This document shows positions 1 to 10,689 of a stretch of 64,000 nt of DNA, piece after piece (within the stretch, counting starts at the first letter, position 1; every line of letters begins with the position of its first letter). Source of the stretch: Camelus ferus (lineage: Eukaryota); NCBI RefSeq assembly GCF_009834535.1, contig NC_045698.1, forward strand, positions 4,652,001-4,716,000. The letters run 5' to 3'. Position numbers and translations under genes: made by a program. The notes beneath the pieces were generated by a model. That model saw nothing but the letters and a program-made list of their open reading frames with translations, did not search any database and was not told the DNA's origin.

Positions 1-200
1 TTCTGTTTTGTGAATAAGTTGAGTTGCATCATTCTTTTAGATTCCACATGTAAGTGACATCATATGATATTTGTCTTTCTCTGACTTACTTCACTTGGTG
101 TGATCGTCTCCAGGTCCACCCATGTTGCTGCAAATGGCATTATTTTGTTCCTTTTTAGAGCTGAGTAGTGTTCCTTTATATATATACACTTATTTCTTCA
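1..200 (-). mobile_element. LINE-1 3' end fragment (ORF2 tail/3'UTR), truncated by window edge
   Basis: ttagattccacatgtaagtga...catgttgctgcaaatggcattatttt matches the L1 3' ends at 6240-6380 and 22260-22400. Confidence 0.85.
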
Positions 201-511
201 TTTTACTGAAAGAAATGGTGTCACAATGTAAAAAATCGTGAAATGAATCCCCAGACAAGAGCGCAGACTCAATGCCCTCAGGCTGCTAATGCACATAGGG
301 AAGCAGGCACCTTGCTGGGAGGCTACAGGGAAGAGTAGGGACTGTGACCAAGGGGGAGTGGGATGCATGCTGGGGTCCAGGGGCAGCGGCCACCCATCTC
401 TACCTCATGGTTGAATGCAAGGCAAGAATGACCAGACTTTCCATTTTTTAAGGACAGCCTGAAATCTGGAACTTAATGTGACATTTTCTGATGTTTACAT
501 ACTAGCAACTA

Positions 512-983
512 GAGGCATACTTCGATTCACTTTATGTGTAGAAACTTTATGGATTTTTTTATGAACTGAAGGTTTGTGGCAACCCTGCATTGAGCAAGCC
601 TATTGGTGCCATTTTTCCAATGGCACTTTTTAAAAGTTTTTTTCAGCTTCACTGAGGTATAATTGACAAATAAAAATTGTATGTATTTAAGATTTACAAC
701 TTGATCTTTGGATATGTGCACACATGGCGAAATGATCACCACAATCAAGCTAATTAACACATCTATCACCTCGGTTATCATGTTAATAGCATTATTTTCA
801 GGTAAGGTATGTACTTTTTTAAAGACGTAGTACTATTGCACAATTAGTAGACTACAGTATGGTATAACCGTAACTTATATATTCACTGGGAAACAAAAAA
901 AATCCTGCGACTCACCTTATTGCCAAATTCACTTTATCTCAGGGGTCTGGAATGGAGCATGCAATGTCTCTGAGGTCTGCCTG
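512..983. mobile_element. Tigger1-family (TcMar) non-autonomous DNA transposon
   Basis: Degenerate TIRs gaggcatacttcg (512) and tgaggtctgcctg (983), flanked by TA at 510-511 and 984-985; internal gaaggtttgtggcaaccctgcattgagcaag is typical of Tigger1. Confidence 0.8.
627..780 (-). mobile_element. Old L1 (L1MA/MB-type) 3' tip inserted inside the Tigger
   Basis: T-rich tail, then cttcactgaggtataattgacaaataaaaattgtat...aatgatcaccacaatcaagctaattaaca. Confidence 0.75.
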
Positions 984-1446
984 TAATTAAAACATTTGTG
1001 GCCCCTTGGCCAGCCAAACAAAGCAGGTTAGCAGATGAGAGTTGGCCCCAGGCTTACAACTGACCATGTTTGTTCTGGGGTTATCATGAGGAATCTTAGA
1101 AAAGCCGGTGACTCAGTGGGTTGCAGGTGAGAAAATGAGATGGTTAAGATAGTCCATCACCAGCCCTGGCGATGTGAGTTCAGTCCCTGGTGGACGGATG
1201 GCAAGTCCGTGCATCACCCTCACAGGTGAATCTTGAACCACCGTCACAACGTGACACGCAGCCATTTACCAGCGGAGGCTCTCCCAAGGAAGCCCATGAG
1301 TCAGGCTCTCCCGGCCTCTCCCGGAGGGACCCCTGCTGGTGGTGGAACAGGCATTGCCTAAAGAAAGGTGATTGCCTGAATACGAGCCAGCCCTCACTAG
1401 ACACGAGCGCTTTCGTCTCCTCCCAGTGGGTCTGATCAACACGCAC

Positions 1447-1650
1447 CAGTCGCTTTCACCGGGGATGACTTTCCCTCCCAGGGACGTTTGGCGATGTCTG
1501 GAGATGTTTTTGGTTGTCACCACAGGGGGGCTGCTCCCGGCATCTCGTGGGTGGAAGCCGGCGATGCTGTGCACACCCCACAGTGTGCGGGACAGACCTT
1601 CACACAGAGAGTCCCAGCGGTGCCCAGGATGAGGAGCCCTGATCCAGGGC
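1447..1650. mobile_element. MER20-like hAT-Charlie element
   Basis: ccctcccagggacgtttggcgatgtctggagatgtttttggttgtcac...ggcatctcgtgggtggaagcc is the MER20 signature. Confidence 0.75.
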
Positions 1651-2279
1651 GATGACCGAGACACCCTCAGTCACAGAGCCGGGCGTGGAAGTGACACGTT
1701 GGTCAGCATTCAATTCGGAAAGCGCAGGGACACTGAGAGTGGTTGACGGGCTCCAGAGCGTCAGCCCAACTCACTAGTTCTCAGCCTCCTTTGAGACACA
1801 GTGTTGGCCCTGATGTGTTCCCAGTCTATCAGGCAAGTTGGGACAGCTGATCACCCTGGTGCCCAGGGGCTCGCACCCCTGGGCGGTGGGAGGCGGCCAC
1901 ACAGAGGAGGGAGAACCACACTGCTGGGGTCGCGGGCATTGGCTTCGTGAGCAGTTTTGGAATTTTAATTCATTAATTTAATTTAGTAAAGATGTCCACT
2001 ATTTTAAACGATTTGCTTAAGCTTTATATAGTGAAAACAATTACCTGGCAGGGAGCAATGGCTTCAGAGAAGAGACTTGTGTGGAAGCAGGGCCACCTGC
2101 CAGGAGCTGCTGGAGGGGATGCTCTTAGGACCCCAGGAGCAGGGAGGCTCTGCAGGGTTCCCACGAGATCTCCAGACCAGCCCAGAGACCAGACTCCGCA
2201 GGGGTCTCACGGCAGAGTCCCTGACACCATCCCGGGTGAGGACCCTGAGCCAGGAGAGACGACCTGGTCCAGCCCCCTG

Positions 2280-3130
2280 GCCCTTCCCAGGGAAGCCGCC
2301 CCGGCCGGGAACCGCTGCAGGCGGAGGAAACCCCGAGATGGTGCGCAGTGACGCCACCAGCCGGTCCCTCCCAGGAGCGGTGGAAGTGGCCCAGAGGCTG
2401 CCTGACTGCTGGATTTTGGCTGAAGCGGGATATTTGGGTGGGAGTCTCCTGCACGGGAATTCTGCGTGCTGAGATGCACAGCCCAGAGGAGACGGAGCCG
2501 TGTCTCTGCGGTGACAGCTGCAATCATGACTAAATTTACCCTGAATTTCCTGCAGTGCCAGATCCATTTCGACTCTGAACTTTAAGAAAACAGCTCCTTG
2601 GGTTACGCAACCAGCATCACACTGGATGTGAGACGGGAGGAAGTGACACGCTCCCGCACACGGAACAGAGGCTCTCCTCCTGCTCGGGGGCAGCCGGCGA
2701 GGCGCGGCAGGCGCAGGAGGCAGGGGCCCAGCTGGGGCTCTTCCTCCCCACAGCGCTGACCCCACAGCGCTGACGCGTGCCCCTCCCGGGCCCAGGGCCT
2801 GGGGCTCTGCGAGGGGCCGGCGGATGGATCTGGAAGGAGCCCAGGTTCAGGCGTGAGCCCGGGAAGAAGCCATGCATTACTTTCCAACCCAGGCTGCTCA
2901 TTATACTCACCTGGGGAGCTTGTGACAATCCCGCTGGGCGGCCTCATTCCCAGAGATCAGGACTGCACTCTGCTGGGGTTGAGCCTGGATGTCAATGTTT
3001 CAAAGCACCTTTGCCGTGCAGCCAGGGCTGAGGCCACGCGCCGAAGGTGTTCCCGTCAACCAGATACCCTTTGTCCACCCGCAGACGCCTCGGAGCCTCA
3101 GCCTCCGAACCTGCAAACCGAGGAGCGTGG
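2280..3130. promoter_or_regulatory. GC/CpG-enriched unique segment, possible promoter/enhancer
   Basis: Locally dense CpG and GC; ETS core ggaagtg near 2639; no repeat recognised. Confidence 0.35.
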
Positions 3131-3498
3131 CTCATGTGACCTCCCGGATCTGCTCGTCCCAATGGTTTAGGATCCTGGTGTTCGGATGCTGTGGGAATCC
3201 TAACAAAATCGTCCCTATGTGGCATTATCATTTTGCCTGTTTCACCTGCATCCAACCAGTATGCCTACGGGGGTTTCCCGGTGAGCTCACTTATGTGTTG
3301 TTCCTTATTTCCATCAGTCCCCCACAAACGACGTCTGTCCCGACTGTGGTCACGCAGGCCGGCTCTGCCTGCTCTTGACCTTGACTTAGGCCGCACTGCA
3401 GTAACATCTCTTTTCTGTTGGGCTTCGTTCACTTAACATGTCTTCAAAATTCATCCACGCTGCTGCATCGATCAGTCGTCATTCTCTTTCATCACTGT

Positions 3499-3872
3499 GT
3501 GCTACCGGCTGATTGAGTACCCTCCCCCCCCCGCCCCCCAGTACGAGGCCCCAAACTCACACTGAAGCCTAAATTCCCAGCGTGAGGTATGAGGAGGTGG
3601 TGGCCTCTGGGAGGTAGTTAGGTCATAAGGGTGGTGCCCTCATGAATGGGGTTAGTGCTCTCATAAGGAGATGAAGAGACCAGAGCTCACTTAGGACACA
3701 GTGAGAAGTCCAGTCACCTGCAAAACGGGGGGGGGGGGGGGGGGGGCCCAGACACTGGACCTGCTGGCATCTTGATCTTGGACTTGCAGCCTCCGGAAAG
3801 GGGAGAAACAAATGTTTGTTTTTTAAGCCCATCGTTTTGTGGTGTCCTGTTATCAGCCTGAATGACAAAGAT
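3499..3872 (+). mobile_element. MaLR LTR (MLT1A-like) inserted in an old L1 remnant; contains a G20 run at 3727-3746
   Basis: gggaggtagttaggtcataagggtggtgccctcatgaatgg...cttgatcttggacttgcagcctcc...aaatgtttgttttttaagcc. Confidence 0.8.
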
Positions 3873-5106
3873 ATTATGTCATACTTTGTGGTCTGAATAT
3901 CCCAGACTAGATTTAGCCTTTCTCTTGATTTGGGTAGTTTCCATATTGGGGCTATTTTAAACTGCTGGGAACATTCTTGTATTTGTCTCTAATTTTTAGC
4001 AAATAGCATTAACTTGGATTTGTTTTCTCAGGCCTTGAAAAGCTGGTCTGGACATTTTGAGGGGAGACTGCACAGGAAATGAGCCCACAAGAAATCTGTT
4101 TGTTTTTGATGCAAAGTGCAGAATGAAGCACAGTCATTGCACTCGGATTTAACTGAGCTGCTTGGTTTTAAAGACACACTTGGCCACTGTTGTATTACCT
4201 ACAAAGTGGACACCTGGAGTTTGCAGTGAGCAGGGAGTAACTGTGGTGTTGCCATGGCTCGTTTGCAGTCCTCCTGTCCTGGGAGATGAATGAGATGGAG
4301 CCGGAAGTGACATGTAAGATGGGGCGGAAGCGGGAGGTAGATTTCAGTGCTGCAGCTCATGTGGATTAGGGATGCGTGTCCCCCAGTGCTCAAGGGCAAC
4401 CCCACACACTCTGACTGTATTTCCCACCCACGAAATCTTGCCTTTTGAAAAAATAACATGAGTGTTTACAGATGATTTTTTGAGAGCCATAGAGTTAAAG
4501 CTAATGACTGTATTTTCTAGAATTTTCCTGAGCTTATGGCTGCACTGGGAAAAGTGGAGAGACCTTGAATCCTCAGCCACTTACTCAACACAGGAGTGTG
4601 TGGAAACCTCATTAGATGCAGAGCGGACACACATTCCTCTCATAGGGATGCAGTAATCAACCATCCTTCCCTTTCATTGAGATTTAGATCTTCAGATTGT
4701 GTTGATTTAAGTTCTGTTGGACTCCCTCAGGTCGAGTTCCCTGAGAGCCCCAGGGAGCAGCCCCCAGTGGCCCCACGTGGCCTCCCAGGGAGCGTGGTTC
4801 TGCTGACCCTGAGCTGCCGTATTTATAATGAGATTCCTCTGTGTTTAGTTTTCTCTTTCAGAACCTGCTTTATCAGGTTTCATGTCATGTTGGTCTCATA
4901 AAATGAATTGAGGAGTTTTCCACAGATTTTTTTCTGTGTTCTGGGGCAGTTTGGTAACATTGGAGTCCTTTGATGTCTTTAGAGAACATTGAAATCCCTC
5001 CTCAGTTGTGCACAGCGCTCCCTCTCTTTCTTCACCTAGTGAGTGGATGGGTCTAATGTGCAGACGGTCCCTGGGAAGCTGGTGTGAACAGCATTTCCTC
5101 CAGATA

Positions 5107-5200
5107 TTTTTATTTATTTACTGTAATGGAGGTGCTGGGGTTTGAACTCAGGACCTTGTGCCTGCTGGGCACGTGCTCTGCCACTGAGCTATGCCCTCTC
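5107..5200 (-). mobile_element. tRNA-derived SINE, camelid vic-1-like
   Basis: Minus strand GAGAGGGCATAGCTCAGTGGCAGAGCAC...GAGTTCAAACCCCAGCACCTCCA, with Pol III A and B boxes and an A-rich tail. Confidence 0.8.
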
Positions 5201-5887
5201 TTCCCTGCATTTTCTAACTCTTCGCCATTTCTGTCTTCCTCCTGGAATTGGTGTCACAGGCGGCTGTGACATTCCTCAGCTGCATATTTATCGTGTCTAT
5301 TATTTATCTGTTATTATCTGTTTATGATATCTATTATTTATCCTATTCATTCCGTTGTCTATTTCCACTATCATATTTTTCACACCAAACATTTCTGTTT
5401 GTTTTCTATAATTTTCTCTTCTTATATCACACGGCTAATACATCTTTTCAAATATTTGTTAGTCTAATAATTTGAGCAGACAATAGGAGATGTTTTACAA
5501 TATTCTACATCTTTGAATGCTTGTTTTTAACAAAAACTAAATGGCATGTTGGCTATGGTTATTCTCAAGGTGATTTATATGGAATAGAGTGAAATAGGTC
5601 TTCATTTCAGATAAAGTTAATGGGAAAATGTCTCTCACTAGAACTTAAACAGTTAAGCTTATGGAACTTTGAAATGAAATTAGATAACTTGGGTGTGACT
5701 TTAGTTCCTGGTTGCCATTAGTTAAAGCTTAATTTTGGTCTCAAGCAAATACTTTTGAATCTATGAAAGAACTACCCAAACGTGAACTTTTCAGGGCAGG
5801 AAGCAAGATTGCATTTCTGGTTCTAAACTTAAGCCTGGAGATGATTAATTCAAGGAGATGAAGAAGAATACATATGACTTCAGAGAC

Positions 5888-5918
<31 letters not shown>

Positions 5919-6239
5919 TTTCTTTAAAAAAAATTTACATTTTTTTATTGAGTAATAGTCATTCTACAATGTAGTGTCGAATTCTAGTGTAGAGCACAAT
6001 TTTTCAATCATACATGAAGATATATATATTCATTGTCACATCTTTTTTTTCTGTGAGCTACCACAAGATCTTGTATATATTTCTCTGTGCTGTACAGTAT
6101 AACCTTGTTTATCTATTCTGCATTTTAAATCCCAGTCTGTCCCTTCCCACCCACCCCCGCCCCCTTGGCAACCACAAGTTTGTATTCTATGTCTATGAGT
6201 CTGTTTCTGTTTTGTATTTATGTTTTGTTTGTTTTGTTT

Positions 6240-6609
6240 TAGATTCCTCATATAAGCGATCTCATATGGTATTTTTCTTTCTCTTTTCGGCTTACTTCAC
6301 TTAGAATGACATTCTCTAGGAACATCCATGTTGCTGCAAATGGCGTTATGTTGTCAGTTTTTGTGGCTGAATAATATTCCATCGTATAAATATACCGTAT
6401 CTTCTTTATTCAGTCGTCTGTTGATGGACATCTAGGCTGCTTCCATGTCTTGGCTATTGTAAATAGTGCTGCTATGAACACTGGGGTGCAGGTGTCATCC
6501 TGAAGTAGGGTTCCTGCTGGATATATGCCCAGGAGCGGGATTCCTGGATCATATGGTAAGTCTATTCCTGGTCTTTTGAGGAATCTCCATACTGTTTTCC
6601 ACAGTGGCT
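6240..6609 (-). pseudogene. L1 ORF2p extreme C-terminal fragment
   Basis: Translates [11 protein letters not shown]...PYDPGIPLLGIYP...TWKQPRCPS...MEYYSA; homologous to ORF 22300-22707. Confidence 0.9.
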
Positions 6610-6750
6610 TTCCTTGCTTCCCTCTCCCACTCTTAATTATTTAGATGTCTTCTTTTACAATTTCGTGTTTATTCTTTTTGTAATTCATGGTAGTTATCTC
6701 CTTTCCAGTTATGAGTTTCTCATTTTTGTAGCATCCTGCTTCTTTTCTAT

Positions 6751-7641
6751 TCAGAGTAGATCTGTCAATATTTCTTTTAGCATGGGTTTGGTGTTGCTAA
6801 ACTCCTTTAGTTTTTGCTTGTCTGTGAAGTTCTTTATCTCTCCTTCTATTCTAAAGGATAGCCTTGCTGGATAGAGTATCTTAGGCTGCATCTTTTTTTT
6901 CATTCAGGACTTTGAATATATCTTGCCACTCCCTTCTGGCCTATAGTGTTTATGCAGAGAAATCAGCTGAGAGCCTTATGGGGGTTCCCTTGTAACTCAC
7001 TCTTTGTTTTTCTCTTGCTGCCTTTAGGATCATTTCTGTATCCTTGACTCTGGCCATCTTGATTATGATATGTCTTGGTGTGGGTCTGTTTGGGTTCTTC
7101 CTGTTTGGGACCCTCTGAGCCTCCTGTACTTGGATATCTGATTCCTTTAGGTTTGGGAAGTTTTCAGTCATGATTTCTTCCAATACCTTTTCAATCCCCT
7201 TTGTTCTTTCTTCCCCTTCTGGAACCCCTATTATGCGTAGATTGGCACGCTTTTATTATCCCATAGGTTCCTTATATTGCTTTCATTGTTTTTTATTTGT
7301 TTTTCTCTCAGCTGTTCTGACTGGGTGCTTTCTGTTGTCCTGTCTTCTAGGTCACTCATTCGTTCCTCTGTATTATCTAGCCTGTTTTGTACAGCCTTTA
7401 GGTCAGCTCTCATCTCAGCAAATGAGTTTACTAATTCTATTTGGTTCTTCTTTATAGCTTCTATTTCATTTTTGACGTATTTTATATCTCTAAACACTAT
7501 TTCTTTTAGTTCGTTCAGTAATTTGATCACTCCTTTTTTGAAATCTTAATCTAGCAGGCCATCAATGTCTATTTCCTTGATCGTGCTTTCAGGGGATTTC
7601 TCTTGATCTTTTAATTGGGAGTGGTTCCTCTGCTTCTTCAT
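6751..7641 (-). pseudogene. Disrupted L1 ORF1p (coiled-coil, RRM, CTD)
   Basis: MKKQRNHSQLKDQEKSPE...; ORF-track pieces 7231-7530 and 6950-7183 (ENFPNL, PRHIIIKM, KGTPIRLSADFS); C-terminus ...ILYPARLSFRIEGEIKNFTDKQKLKEF...DLL*; at least 3 in-frame stops and 2 frameshifts. Confidence 0.92.
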
Positions 7642-9270
7642 ATTGCCCATATCTCTCTGGCACTGTGGCTTAAGGAGTATCAGTTACCTAGTTCTCCTGG
7701 AGACAGTGTGCTCTTAATGATTTTATGGAGATGTCTTTGTGTCTTCGTCCCGTTTCATGAACTCAGCTTACTGTTTCCAGAGGCCCTCTGTTGGTGCCCT
7801 CGACTGTGCTGCTCCCAGTGGCTGTCAGTTAGCAGATCGCGCCCCCTCTCAACACTGGGTCAGGAGCTGAGCTCTTACCCGGTGGGTGGGCAGGTCACTC
7901 CCCATCCCGATGCCGCAGCATCAGCCCAGCACTGTGGTCAGGTGCTGCGTTCCTGCCAGGAAGGGGGCGGGCTGCCTGCCCTTTCCCGGTGCTGGTCGCT
8001 CTGCTGCTCTGTGCAGCTGCCCACTCTGCCTCGGGTCGGCGCTCCTCTCCGTAGGCGGGCTCGGGGAGGACCACAGAACGGCCCTGCCCCTGCTCCGTGC
8101 CAAATCTCAGCTCCTTGTTTGTCTTGACGGCGTGAGTTCTCTGACGTGCCAGAAAGATCCTATCTGCCTCGGGCTGTGAACAAGTCTCAGTCCTGCCCAA
8201 GAGGTTGTGGAGCCCCCGGGTGCGGGTTCAGGGCTCAGCCCCGCCCCCGCCCGGGCCCTCACACAGGAGGAGATGGCGGCTGTGTCTGTGCCCCGCCTCT
8301 CTTCTCGCTAGAAGTGCCAGTAATGGCGGCGCAGGTCTGAGGAGACAAAGGCTATGGAGCCCCTCCCCCCAGGGCACACCAGCCTTGTTGCTTTGCTTTT
8401 TTCGCAATTTATGTGGGACCGAGGTTGTTCTGCTCTATATCCCCTCCCAGCCACGGTGCGCAGCCCCCTGCAGTCCCCCGCGGCTGCCTCAGTGCAGCCG
8501 CCCCCGTCCTTCGCCCGGCTTGGTCGGCCTGGCCCGGCCCCAGCTGTTGCCCCGCGTCTCCGGCTGGGTGTCGCAGGGACCCTTTGTGCCCATGTAACTC
8601 AGTTCTGTTGGTCAAGGGGTGTTCGGGGCAGATCTGAGCCTCAGAAACTCCCCCTCTGTCCCGCTGGCCTCTCCATTGGAGAGGGGAGACCCAGCGAACG
8701 AGCACCAGTCCTCCTTTGCTGCTCCCTCCCCACGGGATCGGTCCCGCACTGTTTTGCTTTTTCTTCTTGCTTTTTTCCTTTTCTCCCACCAGATTTTTGG
8801 CATCTTTGTGTTTCGAAGAGAGCGATGTTCTGTCGGAGTTCAGCAGGTGCTCTGGTTGGCTGAGTAAGTCTGTAGATGTGAGTTTTGGTGTATTTGTGGG
8901 AGAGGGTGCACTACAAGCATCCTTCTACTCCACCATCTTGCTTCCTCTCCGTATGACTTCAGAGACTTTGGTGAGATGGCCGTTCAAAACATTTGTCACT
9001 TACTTAAGATCATAATTTTTACCTTTGAAGATTTAAAAACAGAAATTATGATGACACAGACATCCATGATTTAACAGTTGTCCACACCGGGGCACTTTTA
9101 TATTATATATAAAATATGCATACTAATGCATTAAAAAATGGTCACATAGAAAATTTCACAGGTAACCATGATCATGATTTGGTGGATAGTCTTCAGCCCT
9201 GCAAAGACAGACAAGTAATAGGAGGATGAGGAGGCAAAGATCTGGGGGTCTGTCCCTTTGTGGATGGATG

Positions 9271-9822
9271 TGTAGAGACTGGACTTTGCATAATCACCTA
9301 AGAACATGTGAATGAAAGGTATTGCCAGCCGTATCAGTAAACAAAGGATGCTGTGGCCCTCAAGTCATCAGCCACTACTGCTACCCCCGACAGTGAGCAG
9401 AGGGGACTCGGGATGGAGACCAGCAGGCAGCCAGGCCTCTGCTGCACCCCCAACTGTGCCCCCTGAGGGGACTCAGGATGGAAAAGCACAGGACACTGGC
9501 CCTAGACAGCTGGGTGCTCATCAAAGGAGTGATTCCTATAAGACCAGGCCTTTACACCTTCCCATACATAGAAAAGCTCTGCTTTTTTTTTAACTTTGAG
9601 ATATCTGGCTTTCTTTAATTAACAGTAATATTTTAATGTTCTGACTACCTGGTCTTTGTTGCAAAAACTCCTATATATCCTGGCTCCTCCCTTGCCTGGG
9701 CAAAACGGTTTTTTAGAATGATCTGGGAGGCTGCCTCCTGGGTTTGAATTCTTAGAAAGTCCATCGAATAAAACATAACTCTCAACTTTTAGGTTGTGCA
9801 TGTATTTTTCTTTCACTTGACA
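9271..9822 (+). mobile_element. ERV1-class solo LTR (MER41/LTR39-like; family uncertain)
   Basis: TG...CA ends, TATA-like ctatatat at ~9671, AATAAA at ~9767, internal duplicated gaggggactc(g/a)ggatgga block; TSD not discernible. Confidence 0.7.
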
Positions 9823-10689
9823 AATACAGATCAGGTACCTTCGGAAGACCTTGACATGAAGTGGTGTAATCGTAGTGTCTGAAGGGCTTTTGGGTCACTT
9901 AGTCTCACACTGTGGTTTCCCAGTGAGGAAACTGAGCCTCGGAAATAAAATGATGCTGTGAAGGGTGTATTATTCCAGGAACACAAATCTGTTCCCTGAA
10001 AGCCACCTACTGAATAAATTGAAATTTACAAACTTGGGTCAGGAAAATGTTCTGAGGCATGAGCACGCCTTGGGAATGTGCTCTGAATGGGACATCTGAA
10101 ATAATTGATTTTCTAAATAACGATGTTGAAAGTGCTCCATTGCTGCTTCACAAATGTACAGGCCTGAGTCTAAAATCAGCTTTGGCTGGAGCCAGTCAGC
10201 ATTCTTTCCAGGGAACTCTTGGGAACTTAGGGACCTGACTATCAGCAGGTGACAACATCACCTCCTGCAAGAAGGGGGCGGTAGTCAATTTTTGTGCGTG
10301 TTTGGTTGTAAAAGTTAATTTAAAAAAGCTGTGGGACTTGCAGATTCCTTAGACTGCCAGTGTGCAGTGATCCCCAAACTCACTGAATCTGAGTTCCTTT
10401 TCTTGGAGTACATCACAGGGTGGTCCCTCATGGAATCTAGGCTAAGAAATGTCCTGAGGGGAAGAAGGTGTCAGGAGGGGGACAGTTCAGGCTTTAGATG
10501 AAACTTACCAAGCAGAATATAACATGCTTCATATGTTACAGAGCGCTGAGTGTTCACAACAACTTTGTAAGGTCGACACAAGGTCACAAGTGAAGAAATG
10601 GAGGCACGGAGGTCCCCTGGGACGTGTCAGTGGCAGCTGCCCCAACAGGCTATTGGGCTCAGCTCCAGGGCCCAAGCGGCTGAGCCCAG

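Larger units (their letters stand above)
250..1060. mobile_element. MER102-like hAT-Charlie DNA transposon remnant, split by a Tigger insertion (pieces ~250-509 and ~986-1060)
   Basis: gggactgtg...gggcagcggcc...gaaatctggaacttaatgtgacattttctgatg...gcaact, resuming with ccaaacaaagc...ttggcccc; family recalled from consensus. Confidence 0.5.
5891..8951 (-). mobile_element. Internally deleted LINE-1 (5'UTR + ORF1 + ORF2 C-terminal tip + 3'UTR + A-rich tail), HAL1-like architecture
   Basis: Perfect 18-bp TSD TATGACTTCAGAGACTTT at 5873-5890 and 8952-8969; 5' end GGAGAGGAAGCAAGATGG; ORF1 homology; junction to ORF2 tail at 6609/6610. Confidence 0.93.

Noticed and set aside
2041..2060. TTACCTGGCAGGG resembles the U1 snRNA 5' end
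   Set aside because: Only 13 nt match and similarity stops immediately; better explained as chance or a minus-strand splice donor.
2064..2765. 233-aa minus-strand ORF
   Set aside because: Pro/Gly/Arg/Ala-rich, overlapped by ORFs in other frames, no recognisable domain; a GC-content artefact.
5125..5200. tRNA-like sequence (also 43107-43182)
   Set aside because: Imperfect acceptor stem plus an A-rich tail and SINE-type 3' extension indicate SINEs, not tRNA genes.
7615..9015. Plus-strand ORFs antisense to the L1 5'UTR (possible ORF0 analogue)
   Set aside because: Mostly non-ATG starts, low complexity, and the copy is mutated; cannot be supported without a family consensus.
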